Part shown: positions 1 to 11,600 of the stretch, piece after piece | Numbering within the stretch: position 1 is the first letter of the stretch | How the letters are laid out: every line of letters begins with the position of its first letter | From: Collodictyon triciliatum | Taxonomy: Eukaryota | Direction: 5' to 3' | Assembly (NCBI GenBank): GCA_043381765.1 | Contig: JBHJMP010000162.1 | Span: forward strand, 1 to 36,178 | DNA length: 36,178 nt | Notes under the pieces: model-generated | Told to the model about the DNA's origin: nothing | Database searches by the model: none | Seen by the model: only the letters and a program-made list of their open reading frames with translations | Position numbers and translations under genes: made by a program

Positions 1-388
1 CAAGAGGGAGAAATCCCTTCGACAACCCCTACTGAAAAGACCCTAATACGGTCTGGAAGGAGGTGAGTCAACCATGCAGAGAAGTCCTCTTTGCACTCGA
101 CCTAGTGCTTATCAAACGAACCTCACTTCTCTTTTCACCATCCTTTTCGACAGCTTGCGCCATCAAAGCAGTATTCCCCCACCTCCATCCAATCAATATC
201 ACCCGTCCCTTTTTTTTCATGCTCACGGGACACTATCACGCGTCCCCAAAAGAAATCCATGCGTCTCTTATCAAGCCTCAAGGACCTCTCTTTTTCCTTT
301 ATTTTCTCCCTTTTATCTTTATCCCTGTTTTTCTTTTCTATCTCCCACACATCCCCACCTACTTTGGATCTACTTGCCTGATGGTTGA
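1..388 (+). other. Possible 3' end of an upstream plus-strand gene with one intron (63-153)
   Basis: Strong donor AG|GTGAGT at 63 and a pyrimidine-rich acceptor (cttttcgacag) ending at 153. Frame 3 ends RGRNPFDNPY* (TGA 33-35). Alternatively frame 1 splices into an ORF ending at TGA 388. No family recognised. Confidence 0.3.
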
Positions 389-693
389 ATGAAAGATTGT
401 TGGGACGGGCTCAACAGCTAAGACTTTTAGAATAAAAAAAAATAAAAAATTGTGTTGGTTGTGTGCGATAAGCAGTTCGGTCATACTTGAATTGGATTTT
501 AGGGGAAAGGATTTTTCGTCACACGATCTGTCTTTGTGTAAATGAATCAGCAGCAAGGCTGGAAAGCACGTTCAAAGAGGCCAAGCCTGCTTCGCGCTTG
601 TTTCGTGCCTGAACCTTGAGGAGCCACGCCTGATCAATAGAACTAACCTCTCTGTTTTCCCCCTCAAGCCCCTTCGATTCCCACCCGCTTAGC

Positions 694-2560
694 ATGGACT
701 TTGAAGGTTTGATTTATTCACTTTCCCCCCATTCACTTTTCCTTTTCCTTTTCCTTTTCGTTTTCCTTTCCCTTTTCGTTTTCCTTTTCCTCTTCCTTTT
801 CCTTTTCCTCTTCCTTTTCCTTTTCCTTTTCCTTTTCCTTTTCCTTTTCCTTTTCCTTTTCCTTTTCCTTTTCCTTTTCCTTTTCCTTTTCCTTTTCCTT
901 TTCCTTTTCTTCTCTGCCATTCATTCCTCACCAAACACTCAACTCGACAATTCAGAGAGACTCGACTCAGCCACCAAAGCCAAGCATCGTCAATACCGCG
1001 ACGAAATCATACGGTCCCTATTTTTTATTTAGTGTTTTCAGAGTTAAAATCCCCAACTAAACTTATTCTTTTGACTCCTCTATATTCAGAGTTCTCCAAA
1101 GTTTTGATGAAGCGGCAGAATGGGCAGATTTGATCAAATGCATCCAGAAACTTATTAAGGTTACATGTTACTTTTTTTTTTTTTTTGAGAAACAGCAATA
1201 ACAACAACCATAGGCAACATCTCGTAGACGCTACTTACTCATTCAGTGGCTTCTTCCATCTGCAATTTTCATGCAACCCATTTATATCTCTTCACTGGCA
1301 AGCCTTTTCGAAATAATAGTCATATATCGATATAGGTTATCCAAAAACCTACAAGCTGTCACAGCATACCCGAGGGCCTGACGGTGGCTAAAAGACTCGC
1401 CCAATGTCTGAATCCTAATCTCCCAAGTGGCGTCCACATCAAGGCTCTTGAGACCTACGAGGCAATTTTCCAGAATACTCAGGTATTGACTTTTATTCGT
1501 AAAATTCACACATCCTTGCTTGATGCTATTCTTCCTCATTTAATAACACTATGTAATTATTGCAGGGAAATCTGTACCAAGACATCATTATATTCAGTGC
1601 TGGGCTTTTTCCTTTCTTCCAGTACGCATCTACACAAGTGAAGGTATCTATTAACCAGGCCACGTGGTTTGGCTATTTCATACTATCCACTTCAATTATT
1701 TGACTTTTCAAATTATCAATGGACTTTTCAATCTAAATGTGAATGAATTTTTTCTAGCCAAAAGTGTTGAAGCTGATATCGGACTATTATCTCCCTCTCA
1801 ACCAACGACTTGATTCTGTTCTCCCTGGCCTTGTCCAAGGATTGCTCCCCGGCTTGGAGGAGGAAAATACGACACCTTATGAAAATGTTGGTCGCTTCTT
1901 TTGAAAGAATATTATCAATACATGCGGATAATTTGCTTCGGTATTTGTGTCTTGCGTTATATCCTTTTCTCTAAATGCTGTGTCGCACTTCCCCATTTTT
2001 TAAAATACGCCATTCAGACTTTGTTGATATTCAATCAACTTTCCGAAGGACTGGCAAGGTGAGTTCACGTGATTTAAAATAAACAATAACCACAATACAT
2101 TAGTTGGGACCCCATAATATTTAATACTCCCTTACAACTAAGCTGTATCTCGAGATCAATCTTCACTCACATTAACCTTAAAATAAAAGCGAGGCTTTTT
2201 TCAAAGCTATTTGGAGATGCTTGCTATTCTCATCATCTACATCACGCCTCTGTGCTTTGAATTATTTTTTACAAAAGTTTGCAAAGACTCCGATTACATC
2301 ACGTATGATTATAGTCTATTGATGTACATGTATATTTTTGATAATTTATTTATACTTTTCTCCCGTTTTTAATTCGCCTTACATCCGCCAGCCGACGTAT
2401 GGGGTCAGATGCTCCCAGATAAATCAAACTTGGTCGTTCCTGCCCTTATTCATTCGTTACAAGATCAAAACGTCTTAGTACTCAGGTCTACGCTCGAACT
2501 ACTTGCCCTTCACTTCCAGATTCACCTAGGGTAAGTCATTCTCATTCTCATTCTCAATCT

Positions 2561-2620
<60 letters not shown>

Positions 2621-5600
2621 CTCCATTCTCCATTTTCCATTTTCTGAAAATATAATTGGTTCATAGAGACGTCCTTCATTTTTTTTCAACTTCACCTTTT
2701 TGTGAATAATAATGTTGATTTTTTGTAATTATTAGTCAGTTTGAAAAAGAAGAATATGTGAGTCTCTTGCGAGCTGCTGTTCGCCCTTTACTGCGCCGCG
2801 AAATGGCCATCAGCCGACGGTTTTATTGCTGGATTCTAGGTCACACTTTTATATATATATCTGAAAGACCATTATATATGTTTATCCTGAAATATCTCAT
2901 AATTACAATCTGTGCAAAGACTTATATGTTTGGACTGTTATGCATACTCATCCATATCGACGAAGAGTTTATTGTAATTGGTACAGAAAAGAAACTCATT
3001 TTTTTTTGTTATAGGAATTACAAATATCAACAGTGGCATCGTTTCAGACTCTGGATACTACCCTCGTCATGTGCGCGACCTGTTATCAAAAGCAGTTAAA
3101 GTAAGATATATGCCCTCGTATGTCACACTTTTGCGGCTTCCATCTGTCACTTGTGGGAAAAAAAATTCCATATTGAATTTGTTTTTAAATGGATCATCTA
3201 TCTAGGAACTGTTCGCCACTCAGCCCCAGAAGAAATCTGAAGCGAACAGACCTTTTCGTCTTCTTACATGTCTTTTGGAAAGAGCAGAAGGTTATATATA
3301 TTTAACAAAAATTATAGAAACACTTTGTTTATTTAAGTTCCTTAAGATCTCTGGTGCTTTACCCCCATTTTTGTCTCAATCTCCGTATACTGAGATATTC
3401 GTAATGGTTCTTAGTCGGAGCAGATATTCTAAAGGACATCATCGTCGATATCCTGAGGTATGTCTTCCGATGCAAGGATGACGAGCATATATACAGCGAG
3501 GTACCGTTAATATTTATGGAAAATTCAGGCCTTGTTTTTTTAAAAATATTGTGCTTTATCTTAACGATTTGACCTCGTATCTTGCTCTGCATGAATACGA
3601 TGAATTCCATGGCCATAGATTTCCAGATCGTTTCCAAAGCTGCTGGTTTGTAATCCTCAAAAAGCTTGGAAAATTTACATTTTTGAACTCTTTCAATTAC
3701 GGTCTATATTTTAATATCTTTATGAGCTATCGTAAAACTACCATCGCATGACCTAGGACCAAGTGAAAGCAGATGCAATATGGTCTAAATTGGAGGTTCA
3801 TCTTTCCGAAGAATTGCAGACGTGCCAGGATGACGAATCACCGGAATTGGAGGCAAGACACGAAATATTGATATGATTTAGATGGTAGAATTTGGATTGC
3901 GAGAGCCTTGGTTTATATTCTTTATATTAAGTATCCAAATATTTCGTATTGATTTTGTAATAGGTCACATCCTTGGTGAAATTAGTTTTTGAGGTATCAT
4001 CTCCTATGATTACATGATTCAATTTCACTTTAGTTTATCAAATGCCTTTTTTTTTAACACTAAGTTTATTATCCTCCAGATTATCGTTTTCCTTGAGGTT
4101 GAGGTTCAACAAAAGTATCTCCCTAGAATGTTCCTGCTTGGAGCCCAAAAACTCCAGGTGAGATTATGGCTTGGTCATACATCTGGACCTCTCTTTTTAT
4201 GTGTTAAATACAGATACATCTTTAATATCGACAGCACGAAAGTAATCAGATGCTAATGTAGTTTTAACTTATTTTATCTAATTTTCTTGTCCACAGCCCC
4301 TTATAAACTGCTCACGAATCTATCCGGTCATTCAAATTGTCGATTTATTGCAGCTTATGTTTAAAAAGCTACCACAGAACCTTTTATTCGATAACGGTTC
4401 GTTTGATCGATTTGTGATTTGTGATTTGTGATTTGTGATTTGTGATTTGTTTTGTTTTGTTTTGTTTTGTTTTGTTTTGTTTTGTTTTGTTTTGTTTTGT
4501 TTTGTTTTGTTTTGTTTTGTTTTGTTTTGTTTTGTTTTGTTTTGTTTTGTTTTGTTTTGTTTTGTTNNNNNNNNNNNNNNNNNNNNNNNNNNNNNNNNNN
4601 NNNNNNNNNNNNNNNNNNNNNNNNNNNNNNNNNNNNNNNNNNNNNNNNNNNNNNNNNNNNNNNNNNTGTTTTGTTTTGTTTTGTTTTGTTTTGTTTTGTT
4701 TTGTTTTGTTTTGTTTTGTTTTGTTTTGTTTTGTTTTGTTTTGTTTTGTTTTGTTTTGTTTTGTTGATAAATACATAAAAACTACAGCCTTTTTTTTTGC
4801 AATAACTCTTTCAATACACTCAGATTCCTCATAGCCCCTCATTAATATCTATAAGGTTGACCTGAATAAATTATTTTTGAATTAATAGAAGATATAAGCT
4901 TCCAAGATGCAAAAGCCATCATGGAACAAGCAGTTGCGAGTTTTTACGTTGGATATTGTGACATAGTGAAATTTACGATCGAATATATCTCGCAAAACGA
5001 GGGAGGGTGCGTACATATATCCACCATGTTGTACATATCCTCTCTTTCTTTGGCCCTATACATATATATTACGTGTAAATACAGATACAGATATGTGTAG
5101 AAACTAGATATGTGGCATATATGCTGTTAGTCAGTCTGAAACCACAGTTCCGTAATATAAAAATCCATGTCATCAGTCACCTCACGAATCTATCATCATT
5201 CTAGGACATTTTCCAAAGTTATGCCATTAGCAGATATGCCATCGGCACCCTCGAAGTATACTTGCCTTGGCAAAATACTCATGAGTTACAATTTTATATC
5301 CTAACGCTAAATTAATCACATTTTATGCAATCTAGAAATATTGATTCGGATTACATATGCCTGCTGAAGTCATCCACATCCCTTTTGTTAAATCTCTCGT
5401 GCAAACGGTACATCTTTTAACTGAACGAAATTCTTTTATTTATTTTTTTATTTGCGCATTAAATGAATTTTTTTTGCTTAAGTTACGGACACCCGCATGA
5501 CGTGTCACAAAAAAACGAGTCAGAGGACATTACCAAATTCATAAAATCTATTCGGGATCGCGTTGCCCTTATTGCAGTTAGTAAAAGCAAATTAACAGTT

Positions 5601-8600
5601 TTTTATTTATTTATTTTGTATCCGAGTCTTTCAAATCAATTTCTTCTAGACTTCTCTGTCCTATTTAATTATTACGTACTTTCCTTCATGATGCAATTTA
5701 AAATAAGAGATTGTATTACAAAACTTATCTTCCAATATATTTTGACTTGATACCACCAACAGACTGCACATCTTGATAGCCAATCTGTGATTCCCCCGTG
5801 GATGAATTCTGTTGTTCTGGCAGCATCAGTTTGTTAATCAGTTACTTATCTACTTACCATATTATGTCAAGCGGAATATTATGACCAACAAGGGCATCCA
5901 TTCAAAGTGTTTTTTCTTTATAGTCAACGTCAGTAATACCTGCCCTGATTGGAATCAGTGCCTACCTAAAGCTTGTCTCTTCAGAGCACATATCACCAAA
6001 TCTAGCTCGCCACATATTCCTCAAGTCTGACTTTTCTACTCGCCTAACGCGCCGCGTAAGAAATTATTTTTTATGATTACCGGAATAAGATACGCAATAC
6101 CACCATGATTCAAGCGATGTATTATTTCTTATACACACATCCGTGTCCTTTAATGCATACTTACCAATCTTTCCCCCCTTCAAATTGAAGTTATGGGAGC
6201 TGCTTGATAACAAATACAATCCATGTTGCTTCGATGTAGTCAACCTCCTACTCGGAATGAACGAAATGAATCCAGATTCAACCAGAAGGTAACACTATCA
6301 GACTGTCCTGCACCACGTTTCATGGTGGAATATCATACTTAATTACTGTTAACACCCTAAATATCTTTGAAGTGTTGTTGCAGAAGGAATTTCGCAGAAA
6401 GACCCCCACAAGAGATTGGATGGATACAAAAGATTGGCAAAACTGTGGAATATATCTTGTATGATTGAATATTTTGCAGCCAGACTATGTTCCATTGGGA
6501 ACTGATTATGAAATTTCGGTACTGGTATAACATTATAATATCCTATCTTTCCAACTGCCATCGATACAGGTAGTTTTGGGCTCACAGGTGTTTTCCAGAA
6601 TGGTATCTGGCTCCTTCTTGATGGACTGAAAGACCAAAGTTCTTCAATCCAACAATTTTGCTCGACATGGCTTATTGACTCCTTAGATAACTCTGAGCGG
6701 TAGTTTCATTTAAACGTATATCACCCTCTCTCTCTCTTTTCTGGATGAAGATATGCTCTTCTTTATCTATTTGATGAGTAAAGCCTTAATTGTGTTATTT
6801 AAATGTTGTCATTTTTAATTTTCTAAATTTTGTAATGCTTTCTTTAACCAGGTTATTGATCCCCATACTTTTCATTTTAATGGACCATAACACTCGACGC
6901 GGTCCAACACTGCTGTATGAAGTTGAATATGATACTCGCCGCGCCCGATATGCTTTTCAAACTCTCCAAAATATGCTCCAGATTGCTGGAAAAAAGGTAA
7001 CTTGCTAAATTTTGTGTTATGTCAACTAAATATTCTTGATTTCAAAATTCATATGAATCAAATAATCATCAACGACAAGATGAAATGCTATTATTCGACC
7101 TTTAAAACGTTTTTTTTTTAATGTTTAGTTCTTCAACTCGCTCCAAGGAAAACATCTTGCCCCTGAAATAGCAGATGCCCTTAAAATTCACATGACTGTT
7201 GATATCGAAGCAACATTGATTAGTACTTGAATTACCAAAATACATCGTTTTCATTCGCATCATATACAGCACTGTTTACCACCGCTTATTTATTTTCTCA
7301 TTTTGTAGGAACGCAAACACCGCTGCATGAATATACGTATCTAATTATCATTCTCGATATTACGCTACGGTAACAATTAAGATATCTATTAGCTTATTAT
7401 TGCGATTCCTTACAAGCATTTCATGTTTTTTTACACCAACCTGTGACCCAATCATCAGATTTATGAGAAGCAAACCAAGGGAGGCGCTGACAAGCTTTGA
7501 TATCGCTAATGCTCTTGTCCGAGTACACAGCATTCACCTCCTGAGAACTATCATAGCGGACACCGACGCATCTGACTATGGTCACACACACCTCCCCTAA
7601 TCTCTATTTATTTTTAATTGAATAATACTTTCCTCTTCCCTGTAAATAGAAAACTATTGAAGTTATGATGTCTTCTTGTACGAATCACAGTATCACTGGA
7701 AACAAAAGAAAAAGTAAAGCAAATCACTCTAAAGACGCTCGAAGATGTAACAAACAGTCCTCAAAGCACCTTGCAGGTTTGGCTCCCATTTTAATTTATT
7801 TGTATATTTACCAGTACAAACGCCTGTCAATCTCACCTGTGATCAGAAATGAAATAGTTGAATAATAACAATATTAGCATTTTTAAATTATATTTTCGAA
7901 ACTACAAAGGTCGAATTACTACGCCTCCTCGAGGTTCTCCTGCCATGGGCCAAGAAAACTGAAGAGCCATCATTGAGAAACACTTTGAAACTTGCAACAT
8001 CTCATCCTGCGCAGATTCTTAGTTCAGATTTACTTACATACGGAATTGACTCGCAGATTGTAATTAGCGTTCTGAACAATGCATTTTCAAACAAAGAAAA
8101 AGATATTTCCATGTGAGCTCGTCTTATTTTATTTTTTTTTAAAAAAAAATCCTTCTAAATGCATGACCCAACTTCTAAAAAACAAAAAAACCAACAAAAA
8201 AACCAACAAAAAAACCAACAAAAAACAAACAAAAAAAACCAACAANNNNNNNNNNNNNNNNNNNNNNNNNNNNNNNNNNNNNNNNNNNNNNNNNNNNNNN
8301 NNNNNNNNNNNNNNNNNNNNNNNNNNNNNNNNNNNNNNNNNNNNNAAAACAAAACAAAACAAAACAAAACAAAACAAAACAAAACAAAACAAAACAAAAC
8401 AAAACAAAACAAAACAAAACAAAACAAAACAAAACAAAACAAAACAAAACAAACAAAACAAAACAAAACAAAACAAAACAAAACAAAACAAAACAAAACA
8501 AAACAAAACAAAAAGAAACCTAGTTATGTCCACCTCACTTTTTCTTGGGGTGCTGATGAAAACATCATTTTTGTACGTCTTTGGAAAAATAATAACTTAT

Positions 8601-11600
8601 ATGGCTTTAAATGTCTGCGGAATTTAGTCGACCATGGATTGAGTTTCTTAGCTCAGTCTTACCCTCTCTTGGAAAGTCTCTCTCGTCCTTTGTCAAAAAG
8701 GTTGTTCTGATAACAAATTTGTCTGAAATTCGTGTAAATCGCCAATAGCTCGAGCAACATCAAAGTTTTTCATCTAATTAAATTTTAATCATGTTTTAAC
8801 CCTGTGAATAAAATGTCTGGTTCAGATTGTCCCTCTTATATGCCAAAGCATGGATGAGCTCCTGAGAAAACCAGATATCAGAGGTCAGGGTCAAATCGTA
8901 TATGTCAGGTATAAAATGATGAGAACTACTAGAAGATATGTGCAGCATTTTCATGACTCTTTTTCTAAATAATGGATATATTGAAGGTTGAGAGCAGTAT
9001 TGTTATTTCATCTCCATCAGAAATATTCTGATTATAATTCATCGAATAAAATAGTGACCTAATCTTGTACATAAATGGCCTCATAATCATCATGAACTTT
9101 TGCTACGGCCGCAATCTCGTGGATACTGAAATGTTTGAGCTCTTTTTTCTCCTCCTTCCCTCTCTTCTTTTCTCTATCTTTTTTTTGCATATACTATCTA
9201 ATCAACATTTTCAATTTCATGAGTATACAGTATTTTTTTTTTCAAAAAAATACTTTATTTAGTTCCCTTGTTTCTCACTTGAACCAAAATTTAAGAAGAA
9301 AAGTGTTAATATTTGCCTTTCGATGTAAGTGACTCCTGGTTACCAACTTACAACTTTTAAAAAAAAATATCTGCCCTCTATAGGATTGGAGACGAAGGTT
9401 CTTCTCAATCTGGAAAGGCGTCCTTTGTTCCATTTCCAGCACGTTCACTTTTTGAAATGATTCGAAATATGATTCCCGGAGAAACGACATTTTTCAGTAA
9501 CGCAGATGATGTATGCACCAGATGTTAAGCCTTTAAAAGATACAAGATTGCCCCTTGACGTATGTGCGGTCATTGAGCCCCTTATCATCACCTTTTAACT
9601 ATCCAACTTGGTAGCCTCGCATCAGCTTCGTTCAGACACTTCCCAAGATATCAGCTACAATTATCCGTCTGTGGTCTGTCTTCGGAGAGGAAACTTCACA
9701 GGTGAATCATTCCGATAAAGTAAAAAATTATAAGTGCGCAAATGTTGAAATATATGAATAACGTTACAAATTTGGTTATCCGAATTTTTTTCCAATAATT
9801 CAAAGATATTAATACAAGGCCAATTTATTACTTCATAATCTCGTATAGGTCATTCCAGGTGAAAAAGAAGCATCGGCATATGAAAAGCCTGAGATACGTA
9901 AGAGGATAATATATATTTTCTCGTTCCCTTAATATTCAGAGTCGATTGAATAGCCTTTAAATTTTTATACTACCGTTTAACCTTTCTCGTTTGATGGTAA
10001 TTTAGTGCATATAATGAAGTTTATAAGAGCGATTATACTCTACCAGAGTAAAGTCTTTTTCACAACATTTCCGGAAACAATTGACGAGCTCAATAAGAAT
10101 GTGAGCCTTTTTAATATTTAGAAAAATTCAAACATGTTTTCTTATGAGCCATATTAGTGTTCATTTATTTTCTTGGAATAACCAGTTTGATAAAATGGTG
10201 TCATTTCTTGTTAGTTCAACAGGCAAGACTGTATCAATATTGCATGCAGAATCCTTCATCATAATAGTATTCCAAGAGAGAAAATTATCGGCCCTTTGGC
10301 AGGTATTTTATATTATTCTGTTGTTATGGTGTTCTTGATATTTTTCGTTAGCTCAAATCGCCAATATTTAGTGATTATAAAGTGCTATATGCTTTTGTAT
10401 ATATCACATAAAAATAATAAAAATCAGAAACTATCAAACCCCTCTTGAATCACCATGTTAACCATGAGACATCGTCATTCGAGTATGAGCACATCCATTC
10501 ATTATAGACATTACTTCTGTAATTTAATTTGAAGAATGTTTAAAAGTTGTACCTTTTCATGACACCAAACTTGAATTCACTTCGACACTTTTAGAAAGGA
10601 GCATCTTTATCTATCCTTTTTGCTTTCATACCTTAACAACTGTCCAATTCCATTCCTTTTGGACATGTGGCCTCAATTTTCATCCATTCTGAAGGAAGCT
10701 CTACACAATTCGACAAATCCACACACGTTTCTTTACCTATTTCGGTGTGTTATCAACAAACCTGACTATATTCCATATACGCAAATAAAAAAAATGCAAT
10801 GGACATGTAAATACATAGAATTTTTTCGAATAGATCCTTTCCTTACTCACTTATTTTACATGTAGTTCTATCTGTGCTTTCAACCGTGGTTTATCTCACG
10901 AAAAACGAGGTGTTAGAAAGGAGCTTCAGGTAAGATATCATTATTTTATTTAATAACTATTTGTATTTGTAACCGTTGTATTCTTTTTCTTTCGTTGCAG
11001 TAGCGAAAAAGAGGATAGAAAGCTGTGAAATAACGCATCTCCTGTTTTTTCTAGGATATTGCCCAAAGAATTATTGATTTTTGTGCGATGTTTGCTGGTG
11101 GCTCTTTTGAAATATCTATGATTGTTAGTCCACGCTCGAATGATACGACGAATGGTAAATCAAATCATCAAGTCCGTATCCATCGTGAAAAGATTTTCTG
11201 TGAACTCTACTTATACTTGTTGGAAAATCTTTTATGTATGAAGGAGCACCTGGACCTAAGGCTGAACAACTTTCAACCTCGACGACTGGAGGAAAGCAAA
11301 AAGGAAGCGTTTTTGATGTGTATGTTGTTGAGAAGAGAACACTATCTGAAAGGCTTATTCTCGAGATGAATTGATATGCTTTTTCTCATAAATTGCTCAA
11401 TTTAGTTATGTAACCTTAATATAATTAGCAAGGACTATAGAGAGCAAAAAATGCTTATTATATTCGAGGTTTTTACATAAATTAACATGAGCCATTTTTA
11501 CATTATAATTATTTAGAAAATGCCAGAAAAATTAACGTGTTTTAGAGATTATATAAATGGGGACAAAAAGAGTAAAAAAGAAAAAAAAGAAAAAAGAAGG

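Noticed and set aside
689..934. Poly-KG, poly-KR and poly-EK ORFs, and similar NKTKQ, FCFVL, CMYV, poly-N/ND, FFIFHFS and SLSL ORFs elsewhere
   Set aside because: They are translations of intronic microsatellites, often bridged by N gaps. They are not genes.
1959..1967. ATATCCTTT matching the U12 AT-AC donor consensus
   Set aside because: It lies in the middle of a well-phased GT-AG Dopey intron. No inferred donor in the window has the U12 consensus.
3619..3770. Apparent frame break suggesting stop reassignment or a pseudogene in Dopey
   Set aside because: It is resolved by the canonical 27-nt exon 3619-3645 (ISRSFPKLL). All genes splice open under the standard code.
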